DNA from: an uncultured Gemmatimonadales bacterium
GTDB taxonomy: Bacteria; Gemmatimonadota; Gemmatimonadetes; Gemmatimonadales; GWC2-71-9
DNA length: 64,000 nucleotides
NCBI GenBank assembly: GCA_963846945.1
Contig: CAWJXX010000009.1
Coordinates: 6,492-70,491 of the forward strand
Direction of reading: 5' to 3'
Shown here: piece by piece, positions 51,247-60,520 of the stretch
How positions within the stretch are numbered: position 1 is the first letter of the stretch
How the letters are laid out: each line of letters begins with the position of its first letter
The notes under the pieces: generated by a model
What the model was told of the DNA's origin: nothing
The model's input: only the letters and a program-made list of their open reading frames with translations
Databases searched by the model: none
Translations under genes and position numbers: made by a program

Positions 51247-52110
51247 CTACAAGGTCTCGTAGTTGCGGAACTCGAAGGGCACGCGTCCGGTGAAGGCCTC
51301 CCACCACTGCGACAGGTACATCCGTGGCAGGCCGACGCTGAATGCCGGAGCACCAACCCGGCGTTCCCCTGTCTTCGGCATGCGGGCCGTCACCCAGTCG
51401 CGGACCGCCGCCGGATGCTCACCGGTGAACGGCTCGAGAAAAGGCTGCCAGGGGAGCAGCCTGGCATCGGACGACGACGCCCCGGGGTCCACCACACGAT
51501 TGAACTCGCGCTTCCGGTCCAGGGCCGCCGGCGGACGCGCCCAGCCGTAGTGGAACATCCAGGCGCCGGTGGGCCGCACGCGGATCTTCCGCGGACCAGG
51601 CCAGACCCGGAATCCCTGCGCGTCGCGATACGGCCGGATGTCGAGTGCCGGGTCAAGTCGCAAACAGCGCACCTCCCGGCGATACCACGTCCGCTGCCGC
51701 GCGAGCGTACCCGGATCACCGTAGAAGTGCAGGTAGTTCACCAGCAGCCCTTCGACCCGCGCATCCCGGTCCACATGCTGCACCAGGTCCCGCAGCTCGA
51801 GCGCGCCCATCTCGTGCAGGACTTCGTCCGCCTGGATGTAGATCCCCCAGGGAAACCGGCAGGCGCGCATGGCCCGCAAGGTCTCGTGTGCCAGCATCGC
51901 GAAACCCTGGCTCAAGTCCCATTCGGTCTCGAGGATGCGGATACGCGCGTCCCCGATGCTGCGAATGAGGTCCAGGGTATCGTCGTCCGAGCGGCCGACG
52001 TTCACCACCAGTTCCTCGCAGACCGGCAGGATGGAGCGAATGCTCTCCACCACCGGAAAGTCGAGCCGCGTCGCGTTGCGGATGATGGTGAACCCCGAAA
52101 TTGGAACCAA
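51247..52110 (-). CDS. Glycosyltransferase family 2-like protein
   Basis: Intact 287-aa ORF. MVPISGFTIIRNATRLDFPVVESIRSILPVCEELVVNVGRSDDDT...RILETEWD is typical of a GT2 subfamily found in LPS/core loci. Confidence 0.75.
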   Translation of the reverse strand: MVPISGFTIIRNATRLDFPVVESIRSILPVCEELVVNVGRSDDDTLDLIRSIGDARIRILETEWDLSQGFAMLAHETLRAMRACRFPWGIYIQADEVLHEMGALELRDLVQHVDRDARVEGLLVNYLHFYGDPGTLARQRTWYRREVRCLRLDPALDIRPYRDAQGFRVWPGPRKIRVRPTGAWMFHYGWARPPAALDRKREFNRVVDPGASSSDARLLPWQPFLEPFTGEHPAAVRDWVTARMPKTGERRVGAPAFSVGLPRMYLSQWWEAFTGRVPFEFRNYETL

Positions 52111-52168
52111 TCCGCCTCCTCACCCATTCCGGGCACGCATGCGGTGACCCGCGACTACACTTTCCAGC

Positions 52169-53071
52169 ATGCACATCGTACTTGTCGCCGATTTCAGGCT
52201 GCCGGTGCACGGCTATGGTGGTACGGAGCGAGTCGTCACCTGGCTTGCGCGCGCACTGGCCCAAATGGGCCACCGCCTCACGCTCATCGCTGCGCACGGC
52301 ACACGCATGCCGGAAGCGACGGTGATCACTACCGACCTGTCGACGCTCCGGCGTCCCGATTTCGACGTGCGCCCGCTGTTACCGTCGGCCTTCGACATCC
52401 TTCACAGCCACCGCGACCTGCCGATAGAACCCTCAGTGCCCTGGGTCTGGACCCTGCACGGCAACCCGCCTGCCGGCACCGTCCTTCCACCGCAGACGAT
52501 CTTCGTGAGCGCCAACCACGCCAGGCGCTATGGTGGCCTGCGATATGTGCACAACGGCCTCGACCTCGCGGACTATCGCTTTCGCCGCGAGAAGGATGAC
52601 TACGATCTCTTCATCGGGCGATTGCACTCGGTCAAGGGCCATCGCCTCGCGCTGGAAGCCACCCGTCGCACCGGGCGACGCCTGGTCATAGCCGGCGGGT
52701 GGCGGCCCACGCTGGGCCGGCGTGTGAGCTACATCCGAAGCGTGGGTGGCGAGCGCAAGGTCCAGCTCCTGGCCGGCGCGCGATGCCTCTGGATGCCGGC
52801 GCAATGGGATGAGCCATTCGGACTGACCCTGATCGAGGCGCTTGCGAGCGGTACACCGGTGCTCGGCACCCATCGCGGCGCCCTTCCGGAGATCATCACG
52901 CCGGACGTCGGCTTCATGGGCGACACCGTGGATGAGCTGGTCGAGCAGGTGGCGTCCATCGGGCACATCGACCCGGACGCCTGTCGCCTCCGGGTCGAGC
53001 AGCAGTTCACGCACCTTCGAATGGCGGAGGGCTACCTGAAGATCTACGAGGCGACGTTGCGCGGAGAATGA
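52169..53071 (+). CDS. Glycosyltransferase family 4 (GT-B fold)
   Basis: Intact 300-aa ORF with MHIVLVADFRLPVHGYGGTERVV and WDEPFGLTLIEALASGTPVLGTHRGALPEII. Confidence 0.85.
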   Translation: MHIVLVADFRLPVHGYGGTERVVTWLARALAQMGHRLTLIAAHGTRMPEATVITTDLSTLRRPDFDVRPLLPSAFDILHSHRDLPIEPSVPWVWTLHGNPPAGTVLPPQTIFVSANHARRYGGLRYVHNGLDLADYRFRREKDDYDLFIGRLHSVKGHRLALEATRRTGRRLVIAGGWRPTLGRRVSYIRSVGGERKVQLLAGARCLWMPAQWDEPFGLTLIEALASGTPVLGTHRGALPEIITPDVGFMGDTVDELVEQVASIGHIDPDACRLRVEQQFTHLRMAEGYLKIYEATLRGE

Positions 53072-53077
53072 AACCGC

Positions 53078-54049
53078 TCATTTCCGCACCGCCGCCAGGA
53101 CAGTCGCGAGGCGATGCATGTAGGTGTGCTCCGCGAGCGCCCGGCGACGCCCGGCCTGCGCCAGCCGGTCCGCAGTCGTCGGGTCCTGCAACAGTTCCTT
53201 CACCAGCTGCTTCAAGTCCGTGCCGCTGTCGAACGTGACCAGTTCCTTGCCTTGATCGAACGCGAGCGGCAGGTCGCGGCGGTTGTCCACCACCTGTGGA
53301 ACCCCGATTGCGGCCAGTTCGAAGGTGCGCTGGTTGCAGCCGGTGGCGGTGCCACCCTCGTTTTCCCGATGAATGTTGACGGCGACGGAGGCGCCGGCGT
53401 ACGCCCGCACGTAGTCGTCGAGCCCCAGGGTTTCGCCGCGGCAATAGTCCTTGAGCGGCGTCTTGCGCCAGCCTGGTCCCCAGATGGCAAGTCCATATTC
53501 GGCCAGCTCGGCGAGCAGTTGCTCCCGCCGCGGCGTCGCGGCGCCGACAAATACCACATTCGAGCGGAACTGGTCCCGCGCTTTCATCGGGCGATGCACC
53601 GAGGGGTCGCATCCGGGAGGCAAGTGCGCCGTGGGCGGACGGGTCGGTCCCCGCAGTTGTTCGACGAGGTCGGTGCCGGGCACAAACAGCGCGTCGTAGG
53701 CCACGCTCACCGCCTCCATCAGCGGAACGGAGCGGGTCTCTCCAATGAACCAGCTGGCCCACACCGCATCAGCGTCCCTGCGGAGGCTGGCCACCATCCC
53801 GGCCGTCAGCTCGGCGCCTTCCACCACCAGCACCAGCTGAGAGCGGTGCTGCAGGATCGCCTTGGACAGCCGCTCCTGCAGGCTTCCGCCACGCCAGCGC
53901 GAGAGCAGGCCTTGCTTCGGCTTGAGATCGCAGGTCGCTACATCGCAGCCGAGGCGTTCGAGTGCGCGCTTGCGCAACCCCGAGTGCCCGCTGGGGTCGT
54001 TCTCGAGGTCGACGATGAGGACGCGGGTTCCGGTGTAGGGCCCGCTCAC
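53078..54049 (-). CDS. CgeB-like glycosyltransferase-family protein (DUF3880/Glyco_trans_1_2-like)
   Basis: Intact 323-aa ORF. The C-terminal half reads NIHRENEGGTATGCNQRTFELAAIGVPQVVDNRRDL...LAEHTYMHRL. It has a 4-nt overlap with the upstream ABC gene. Confidence 0.7.
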   Translation of the reverse strand: MSGPYTGTRVLIVDLENDPSGHSGLRKRALERLGCDVATCDLKPKQGLLSRWRGGSLQERLSKAILQHRSQLVLVVEGAELTAGMVASLRRDADAVWASWFIGETRSVPLMEAVSVAYDALFVPGTDLVEQLRGPTRPPTAHLPPGCDPSVHRPMKARDQFRSNVVFVGAATPRREQLLAELAEYGLAIWGPGWRKTPLKDYCRGETLGLDDYVRAYAGASVAVNIHRENEGGTATGCNQRTFELAAIGVPQVVDNRRDLPLAFDQGKELVTFDSGTDLKQLVKELLQDPTTADRLAQAGRRRALAEHTYMHRLATVLAAVRK

Positions 54050-55899
54050 GCCCGGATCCTGGCAGCGGTCATTGGCATCGCAGGTTCCACCTCGTCACGG
54101 AATTGCAGGTCGTAAAGCCGGCGGTAGAGCCCACCGGCCTCCAGCAGCGCGGCATGCGTGCCGCGCTGGATGATACGGCCCTCGTCGAGGACGAGGATCT
54201 CGTCCGCCTGGCGCACCGTGGCCAGGCGGTGGGCAATGACGAGCACCGTCCGGTTGGCCATGAGCCGATCGATCGCTTCCTGTACCAGGCGCTCTGATTG
54301 CGTGTCGAGCGCACTGGTCGCCTCGTCGAGAATCAGGATCGGCGCATTGCGAAGCAGGGCACGGGCAATGGCAATGCGCTGGCGCTGCCCACCGGAGAGC
54401 CGCATGCCGCGCTCACCGAGGATCGTCTCATAGCCCTGCGGCATCCGCGCGATGAATTCGTGTGCGTTGGCCGCCTCCGCGGCGCGCTCGACCTCGGCGT
54501 GCGTCGCGCCCGGCTGTCCATATGCGATGTTGGCACGGATGCTCTCGTGGAACAGGACCGTATCCTGGCTCACGACCCCGAGGAGTGCGCGGAGTGATGA
54601 GCGGCTCAGTTCCGGCAGCGGCACCCCATCGAGCTTGACCGCACCGGCGGTGGGTTCCCGCAGTCTCGGCAGGAGGTCCACCAGCGTGCTCTTCCCCGCC
54701 CCGGACGGCCCCACCAGCGCGACGACCTGTCCCGGCACGGCGCGGAAGGTGATGTCCTCCAGCACCGGCGTGCCCTTCTCATAGTAGAAACCAACGTGCT
54801 CGTAGGTCAGTTCCCTCCGGAAGGTGGCCTGCCGTGTCGGGCCGTCGTCGGGCTCCAGGATTGGCTCATCGAGCAGCGAGAACACCTTCTCCACGCTGGC
54901 CATGCCCTGCGCCCAGATCGCAGGGAACTGGGAGATGGCCTTGATCGGCGACGTGAGCCGGAGTGTGGAGAGCAGGAAGACGATGATCACTTCAGGGCCC
55001 AGTGAGGCCTGCATGCCGAGAATGGACGGGTGAGTACCGGCGTACACCACGATCAGCACGAGTGCCGCCGCCACCGTCTCGCTCATCGGCGACGTAAGCG
55101 CCGCAAAACGACCGGTGCGGATCACCCGCTTGCGGTAGCGCTCCACCGCGTCATCGAAGAGCGCCTCCTCGGACTTTGTCGCATCGGACGATCGTACCAG
55201 GCGGATTCCCGCCAGCCGCTCGGTGGCCAGGGCGGCGAGCTCCCCTCGCTCGTCGGCCCGCGCCCGCGAGTGCCGCTTGATCAGCCGGGTCACGGCCCGC
55301 AGCCCCAGCACCAATGGGGGCACGACTACCAGCGAGAGCAGGGTGAGGCGCAGCGAAATGCTCGCCAGGATGAACAGCGTCGTTACCAGAAGGAAGACGT
55401 TCCGGATCAGCGTCACCATCGATGCGGTGACGATGCCCTTCGCCTGGTCCGTCTCATTCACCAGCGCCGTCACCAGCACGCCGGTGCGGGTTCGATGAAA
55501 GAATGCGAGGTCGAGGCGCAGCAGGTGATCGTAGAGCTTCTTCCGCAGGTTGGCGACGAGGCCCTCCTGCACCCGGGTGTTCAGCTGCGACGCGCCGTAT
55601 TCCGCAACGTTCTTGAGCACCAGCCCCAGGCCCAGGACCAGCGCCATCCGTGCCACGGCCTGGCCCGGCGTCGCATTCTCGAGGATCGGGCTGAAGGCAT
55701 CGGAGAGCCACTTCTCCAGCTGCGTTGCACCGGCCCGCAGCGGACCGGTTGTGCCGAACAGGTGCTTGAGCAGCGGCACCAGGATGACGACGTTGAGCCC
55801 GTCGAGTGCCGAGGCGATGAACGAGCAGCAGAGCGCCGCGGCGAGCAGCCACCGATACGGACGTGCCAGGGCGAGGAGCCGCCGCGTCTCCGTCGTCAC
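54046..55899 (-). CDS. ABC transporter permease/ATP-binding fusion, MsbA-like lipid/glycolipid exporter
   Basis: Intact 617-aa ORF with six N-terminal TM segments. It has Walker A GPSGAGKST, signature LSGGQRQR and Walker B ILILDEATSALD. Confidence 0.9.
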   Translation of the reverse strand: MTTETRRLLALARPYRWLLAAALCCSFIASALDGLNVVILVPLLKHLFGTTGPLRAGATQLEKWLSDAFSPILENATPGQAVARMALVLGLGLVLKNVAEYGASQLNTRVQEGLVANLRKKLYDHLLRLDLAFFHRTRTGVLVTALVNETDQAKGIVTASMVTLIRNVFLLVTTLFILASISLRLTLLSLVVVPPLVLGLRAVTRLIKRHSRARADERGELAALATERLAGIRLVRSSDATKSEEALFDDAVERYRKRVIRTGRFAALTSPMSETVAAALVLIVVYAGTHPSILGMQASLGPEVIIVFLLSTLRLTSPIKAISQFPAIWAQGMASVEKVFSLLDEPILEPDDGPTRQATFRRELTYEHVGFYYEKGTPVLEDITFRAVPGQVVALVGPSGAGKSTLVDLLPRLREPTAGAVKLDGVPLPELSRSSLRALLGVVSQDTVLFHESIRANIAYGQPGATHAEVERAAEAANAHEFIARMPQGYETILGERGMRLSGGQRQRIAIARALLRNAPILILDEATSALDTQSERLVQEAIDRLMANRTVLVIAHRLATVRQADEILVLDEGRIIQRGTHAALLEAGGLYRRLYDLQFRDEVEPAMPMTAARIRA

Positions 55900-57467
55900 T
55901 TCGCGCTGCGCCTCGGTGTCAGGAGTGCGATGGGCAACACCACTTCCTCCGGTGCCACGCCGCCATGCAGGAAGGCGCCGCGATAGCGGGCCTGGTATTC
56001 CCGCAACTTGGTTGGATAGACGAAGAACCGGTCACCGGTCGCGAGCAGCAGCCGGGTGCCCGGCGCACGCGCCGGCAATCCGTAGCTCGGCAGGTCGTCG
56101 ATCACGAGTGCCGCGTCGCCGTCCTGCGGGCGCAGGTCGTCGCCGAACTTGTAGCGCAGGTTGCTGGTCGCGTCCCGCTTGGCGTAGACGGTCGCCGGGG
56201 TATGGCAGTGGATCGAGCCATGATCGGTGGTAAGCAGCACCGGCACGCCGCGGCGTTCCGCCTCGCGGAGCGCGTCGAGCAGCGGCGACCGCTCGAACCA
56301 GGTGCGAGTGAGGGCGCGCAGCGCCTGCGTGTCACGCGCAACCTCGAACAGGGTGGAGTTTTCCGACCGGCCGTGCGTCAGCTGGTCGATGAAGTTGAAC
56401 ACCAGTGCGGTGACGCCCGGCTGCTGCAGGTGCGCGGGGAGGCGCCGCAGCAGGGCTTCGCCGTCCTGCGCGCTGAAGACCTTCTCGTAGCGCACCGGCA
56501 CCGGCGTCCCGCAGATGTCGCGCAGCTGCTCCACCAGCAGCTGTCCCTCGTGCGCATTCAGGCTCTGTTCGTCCTGGTCGGCCCACCAGCGGGGATAGCG
56601 CTCCTTGATCTCCACCGGAAAGAGCCCGCTGAAAATGGAGTTCCGGGCATACGGAGTAGCGGTGGGAAGAATGGAGAAGTAGTGCGACGTCTCGATGTCG
56701 AACAACTCGCCGATCAGCGGGCGGATCATCGCCCACTGATCGAGGCGGAGGCAGTCGACCACCACCAGCAGCACCTTGCCATGCGCCTGGAGCGCGGGCC
56801 GCAGGAACTCGGCGCCGATGTCGACCGAGAGCGGCGGGCGGTCACTTCGCGACTCGCGCAACCATCCGGCGTAGCTCCGCTGGAGGAAGCGTGCGAAGTC
56901 CTGCCGCAGGCTTTCCTGCAGCGTGCGAAGCGCATCCTGCAGGCCGGGTTCGTCCGCCTGCCCCAGGCGCACTTCCCACTCGGCCAGCTCGACCACGAAC
57001 TCGATCCATTCACGCCAGCCGAGCTGGGCGCCACGGCGCGCCTCGAGCTCGCGAAACCGCGAGGCGAAGTCGCGCGACAGCCGCTGTTGCCGGATCCGGT
57101 CACCCTCGAGCAGCCGCGTGATCACGGTAAGGATCTGCCGCGGATTCACCGGCTTGACGAGATAGTCCGAGATCTCGGCGCCGAGCGCGTCCTTGAACGT
57201 TTCCGGCTCCTCGCTCTTGGTCACCATGACCACGGGCATGGACTGATCGAGCGAGCGAATGGCGCGGAAGAGCTCGAGACCGCGGCGACCAGGCATCTGC
57301 TCGTCGAGGAGGACGACTCCGTAGGGCTGGCGCTGCAGCATGACCAGGGCGTCGTCGCCGTGGGCGCTGGTGTCGACGACAAAGCCCTGTTCCTCGAGAA
57401 ACATCACGTGCGAGGTCAGGCTCTCGATCTCATCGTCGACCCAGAGAATGGACTTGGGGCGTGGCAT
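55896..57467 (-). CDS. Response-regulator receiver fused to PglZ/alkaline-phosphatase-fold domain (PorX-like)
   Basis: Intact 523-aa ORF. The receiver reads ILWVDDEIESL...VVLLDEQMPGRRG...DYLVKP. The PglZ region reads LLVVVDCLRLDQW...TDHGSIH. It has a 4-nt overlap with the downstream ABC gene. Confidence 0.85.
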   Translation of the reverse strand: MPRPKSILWVDDEIESLTSHVMFLEEQGFVVDTSAHGDDALVMLQRQPYGVVLLDEQMPGRRGLELFRAIRSLDQSMPVVMVTKSEEPETFKDALGAEISDYLVKPVNPRQILTVITRLLEGDRIRQQRLSRDFASRFRELEARRGAQLGWREWIEFVVELAEWEVRLGQADEPGLQDALRTLQESLRQDFARFLQRSYAGWLRESRSDRPPLSVDIGAEFLRPALQAHGKVLLVVVDCLRLDQWAMIRPLIGELFDIETSHYFSILPTATPYARNSIFSGLFPVEIKERYPRWWADQDEQSLNAHEGQLLVEQLRDICGTPVPVRYEKVFSAQDGEALLRRLPAHLQQPGVTALVFNFIDQLTHGRSENSTLFEVARDTQALRALTRTWFERSPLLDALREAERRGVPVLLTTDHGSIHCHTPATVYAKRDATSNLRYKFGDDLRPQDGDAALVIDDLPSYGLPARAPGTRLLLATGDRFFVYPTKLREYQARYRGAFLHGGVAPEEVVLPIALLTPRRSAK

Positions 57468-57513
57468 GGCCGAAAGCTAAGCGTGAGGGGCGCGCGAGGT
57501 TACCGTTTAGCCA

Positions 57514-58521
57514 ATGGCACCTCGCATCCTGCTGGTCCGGCTCAGTTCCCTGGGGGACGTGATCCTGACCACGCCCCTGCTCCGCGCCATCCGGACGCGG
57601 CACCCCGACGCCGAGATCGCGTACCTCACCCGCCCGGCGTTTGCGCCACTTCTGGCCGACCACCCCGCCCGGCCCGACGTCCTGACCTTCAATCCGGCGA
57701 CCGAGTCGCTCCGCCAGCTCGCCGACCGGCTGCGGCCCCGGCAGTTCACGCACCTGCTCGACCTCCATGGCGTCACCCGGACACTCATGCTCCGTGCGTT
57801 GCTCCGGGGCAACTGGCGCGGCTACAGCAAGCGACGGCTGGCCCGCTGGACGCTGGTGCACCTCAAGCGCAATCTCTATCGGGACAACGTGCCGGAGCCG
57901 GAGCGCTTCTTCGAGGCTGCGAGGGAGCTCGACGTCGTTCCTGATGGACGCCCCGCCGAGGTCGGCATTGCCGCGGACGCCTCCAGTCGCGCAGCCGGGT
58001 GGCTCGCCAGTCGCGCGCTCGGGTCGCGGCCGATGGTCGCGGTGGCACCGGGAGCGGCCCATCAGACGAAGCGCTGGCCGGTCGATTACTGGGAGAGGCT
58101 GGTGCAATTGCTGACCGATACGGGATTCGACGTCGCGGTCCTGACCGGCGCCGACTACGCAGCGGCCGGCGCCGCCATCGCGGCGGCGGGAGGATCAAAC
58201 GCGGCATCGACCGCAGGAGCGCTGGGCCTGCAGGAAACGGCCGCCATCTGCCGGTCGAGCAGCGTGGTCGTCGCGGGCGACACTGGCCTCATGCACCTGG
58301 CGACCGCGGTCGGCGCGCCCGTCGTGGCCTTCTTCGGCCCCACGGTGCGGGCCTTCGGTTTCTTCCCCTATCGTGCGCGCACGGCAATCCTGGAGCGTGA
58401 ACTTGCCTGTCGCCCCTGCAGCGCCCAGGGCGGACCCCGCTGTCCGCTGGGCCACCATCACTGCCTGCGGGAGATCACACCGGACATCGCGCTGGCGGCG
58501 ATCCGATCGCTTACCGCATGA
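57514..58521 (+). CDS. Glycosyltransferase family 9 (LPS heptosyltransferase-like)
   Basis: Intact 335-aa ORF with RILLVRLSSLGDVILTTPLLRAIRTRHPDAEIAYLT and GDTGLMHLATAVGAPVVAFFGPT. Confidence 0.85.
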   Translation: MAPRILLVRLSSLGDVILTTPLLRAIRTRHPDAEIAYLTRPAFAPLLADHPARPDVLTFNPATESLRQLADRLRPRQFTHLLDLHGVTRTLMLRALLRGNWRGYSKRRLARWTLVHLKRNLYRDNVPEPERFFEAARELDVVPDGRPAEVGIAADASSRAAGWLASRALGSRPMVAVAPGAAHQTKRWPVDYWERLVQLLTDTGFDVAVLTGADYAAAGAAIAAAGGSNAASTAGALGLQETAAICRSSSVVVAGDTGLMHLATAVGAPVVAFFGPTVRAFGFFPYRARTAILERELACRPCSAQGGPRCPLGHHHCLREITPDIALAAIRSLTA

Positions 58522-58901
58522 GCCCCATTGAATCGGAAGACCCGCTGCTCGAGTTGCTGTCGGCCTCGGACCGGGGCCAGCGGCGGGAGGGCCTGTTTGC
58601 AGTGTGGCTCACCATGCGGGTGGCACTCGATCACGGACTCACGCCGCCGCTCCCGGAGCGCGCCCAGCGACGCCGGGTCGATGCACTGGAGCGCAGACTG
58701 GCCCGGTTGAGCCTTGCGGCGCCCCTGCGGCGCGCGCTGGCCGGAACGCTCGCCCTGTTGCGCGACGGCGGGAGCCGGGAGGCGGCCATGGCGCTGCACC
58801 AGCTTGTCGTACCGGTGCGTGAGACGGTGGGGCCGGAAGCCGGGGACGTGATTGCGCGCGCCGCACGGCAGGCGAAGGGAACGGTAAGAGGTGAGAAGTA
58901 A
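58518..58901 (+). CDS. Hypothetical Arg/Leu-rich protein
   Basis: 127-aa ORF whose ATG overlaps the GT9 stop (ATGA). I recognise no family. Its 3' end runs into a purine-rich tandem repeat. Confidence 0.4.
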   Translation: MSPIESEDPLLELLSASDRGQRREGLFAVWLTMRVALDHGLTPPLPERAQRRRVDALERRLARLSLAAPLRRALAGTLALLRDGGSREAAMALHQLVVPVRETVGPEAGDVIARAARQAKGTVRGEK

Positions 58902-58941
58902 GAGGTGAGAAGGGTAAGCGGTGAGCGGTGAGCGGTGAGCG
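58884..58941 (+). repeat. C-poor short tandem repeats: GTAAGAGGTGAGAA x2, then GTRAGCG x4
   Basis: Read directly: gtaagaggtgagaa at 58884-58897 and 58898-58911; gtaagcg gtgagcg gtgagcg gtgagcg at 58914-58941. Confidence 0.85.
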
Positions 58942-58964
58942 GGAAATTCGGTACGGGGCGAGGC

Positions 58965-59062
58965 GTGGCCGGCCCCGCGAGGGCGCGAACGCGAGGGGCC
59001 GGGTGGGGATGAAGTGGAAGGGCGTCGAGAGCGCCCAAGTGGGGTCGACCACGCCTCGCCCC
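58965..59062. repeat. Perfect 14-bp inverted repeat (GGGGCGAGGCGTGG / CCACGCCTCGCCCC) enclosing 70 nt with internal GC hairpins
   Basis: The arms are 58965-58978 and 59049-59062. Inside them are ccggcccc...ggggccgg and gggcg...cgccc stems. The element lies between convergent genes. Confidence 0.7.
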
Positions 59063-59105
59063 ACGTCAGCAAGTTCCCGACCGCCGTTTTTCCTGCGCGC
59101 TCCGG

Positions 59106-59148
59106 CCGCCCCTGCCGCTCCTGCCGCTCCTGCCGCCTTGCCGCCCTG
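59106..59148 (-). repeat. Array of five 8-9-nt units (CAGGAGCGG-like on the minus strand) abutting the lipoprotein stop codon
   Basis: The plus strand reads ccgcccctg ccgctcctg ccgctcctg ccgccttg ccgccctg. This is the reverse complement of the 49745-49780 array motif. Confidence 0.85.
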
Positions 59149-59613
59149 CTACCTCTTCGGCATGAACCCCGGCGGCGGCGCCATTGGCTTGAACGTCGCG
59201 GCCGGCTCGGGTGCCTTGGTGCTGTCGTTCAGCTTCTGCACGGCACCGGTCAGCTGGATATACGTGCCGTTATTGGCCGTGTCGGGCCAGATACGTACCC
59301 AGAGCGGCCGTCCCCCCTGCTCCTGGGCATACAGCACCTGGGCATTCTTCTCGGTGGCATCGCTCACCAGTCGCCAGGCCGGGGGCGCGAGCATGCGACG
59401 GTAGTAATCGGCCGCCTGCTGGACGGTTCCCGGCGCCAGGATCAGCAGCGCGAGGGCGTCTTCGCTGCCACTCTGTGAGACCATGGAGGCGCCGGGAGGC
59501 AGGACGATCTGGCTGAACACGTCGATCGCCTGCGGAATCTTGGGCTGCTTTTTCTCGCAGGCTACCAGCAGCAGGGCCACGGCTGCCAGCGAGAGCAAAT
59601 GGGGACGTCGCAT
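59149..59613 (-). CDS. Putative lipoprotein
   Basis: These are the last 154 codons of track ORF 59149-60549, starting MRRPHLLSLAAVALLLVACEKK (signal peptide plus lipobox). The rest of that ORF is antisense to the YebC-family gene. Confidence 0.6.
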   Translation of the reverse strand: MRRPHLLSLAAVALLLVACEKKQPKIPQAIDVFSQIVLPPGASMVSQSGSEDALALLILAPGTVQQAADYYRRMLAPPAWRLVSDATEKNAQVLYAQEQGGRPLWVRIWPDTANNGTYIQLTGAVQKLNDSTKAPEPAATFKPMAPPPGFMPKR

Positions 59614-59760
59614 AGGGCGAGGAGAGTAGCCAGAGCGCCCTCGCTGGTCAACTTCCGCGTTGCTGCAACCTGTGGCCCGGCTTATGTTTCGGCCATTGGG
59701 CCGCGCTCCCGACCGGTCCCGTGTTCGACGCTGCAATTCCGACCCGACAGGATCCCCGCG

Positions 59761-60510
59761 ATGGCTGGTCACAGCAAGTGGAAACAGATCAAGCGCAAGA
59801 AGGCGGTGACCGACTCGCGTCGGGCCTCCACCTGGACCAAGATCATTCGCGAAATCACCGTGGCGGCGCGCGCCGGCGGCGGCGATCCTGATGGCAATCC
59901 GCGGCTCCGGCTGGCCATGGATGGCGCCCGCGCCGTCAACATGCCCAAGGAGAACATCGAGCGCGCCATCAAGAAGGGCACCGGCGAGCTCGAGGGCGTG
60001 GATTACCAGGAACTCACGTACGAGGGGTATGGCCCGGGCGGCGCAGCCATCCTGATCGAAGCGACGACCGACAACCCGAACCGGACGGTCGCCGAGATTC
60101 GCCACGCGTTCAGCCGCAATCATGGCAACCTGGGCGCGACGGGTTCGGTCGCGTGGATGTTCGACCACAAGGGGCTGATCTACCTGGATGCCGGAAAGTT
60201 CGACGAGGAGAAGGCCCTCGAGGCGGCACTCGATGCCGGCGCCGAGGACTTTGCCCGCGAAGGTGAGCAGTATGTGGTGTCCACCAGCACCACCGGCATG
60301 CACGCCCTGCTGGAAGCCCTGAAGAAGCGGGGCTTCCCCGCCGAGTCGGCGGAACTGGCCCAGGTGCCGAAGAATACGGTGAAGGTGGAAGGCGCGGATG
60401 CCGAGCGCCTGCTCAAGCTCATGGAGGTCGTCGAGGAGCTGGAGGACGTGTCCAAGGTCTTCTCCAACTTCGACATCGACGCGGCCCAGCTCGCGGCCGC
60501 CGAGGTCTGA
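59761..60510 (+). CDS. YebC/PmpR family DNA-binding transcriptional regulator
   Basis: ATG 59761 opens MAGHSKWKQIKRKKAVTDSRRASTWTKIIREI, the family-defining N-terminus. The gene is 249 aa and lies immediately upstream of ruvC. Confidence 0.9.
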   Translation: MAGHSKWKQIKRKKAVTDSRRASTWTKIIREITVAARAGGGDPDGNPRLRLAMDGARAVNMPKENIERAIKKGTGELEGVDYQELTYEGYGPGGAAILIEATTDNPNRTVAEIRHAFSRNHGNLGATGSVAWMFDHKGLIYLDAGKFDEEKALEAALDAGAEDFAREGEQYVVSTSTTGMHALLEALKKRGFPAESAELAQVPKNTVKVEGADAERLLKLMEVVEELEDVSKVFSNFDIDAAQLAAAEV

Positions 60511-60520
60511 GATCGCCGCG

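Noticed and set aside
51145-52599. 484-aa plus-strand ORF
   Set aside because: It lies antisense to the intact GT2-like gene (51247-52110) and out of frame with the GT4 gene (52169-53071). No motifs are present.
55896-57467. PglZ domain as a marker of a BREX/phage-defence system
   Set aside because: No other BREX components (brxA/B/C, pglX methyltransferase, Lon-like brxL) are nearby. The protein has the receiver-PglZ architecture and ~520-aa size of PorX-type regulators.
55863-57944. 693-aa plus-strand ORF, the longest in this part of the track
   Set aside because: It is antisense to the well-supported PorX-like gene and runs into the GT9 gene in the wrong frame. Its Arg/Pro/Ala-rich translation has no recognisable motifs, so it is a typical shadow ORF of high-GC DNA.
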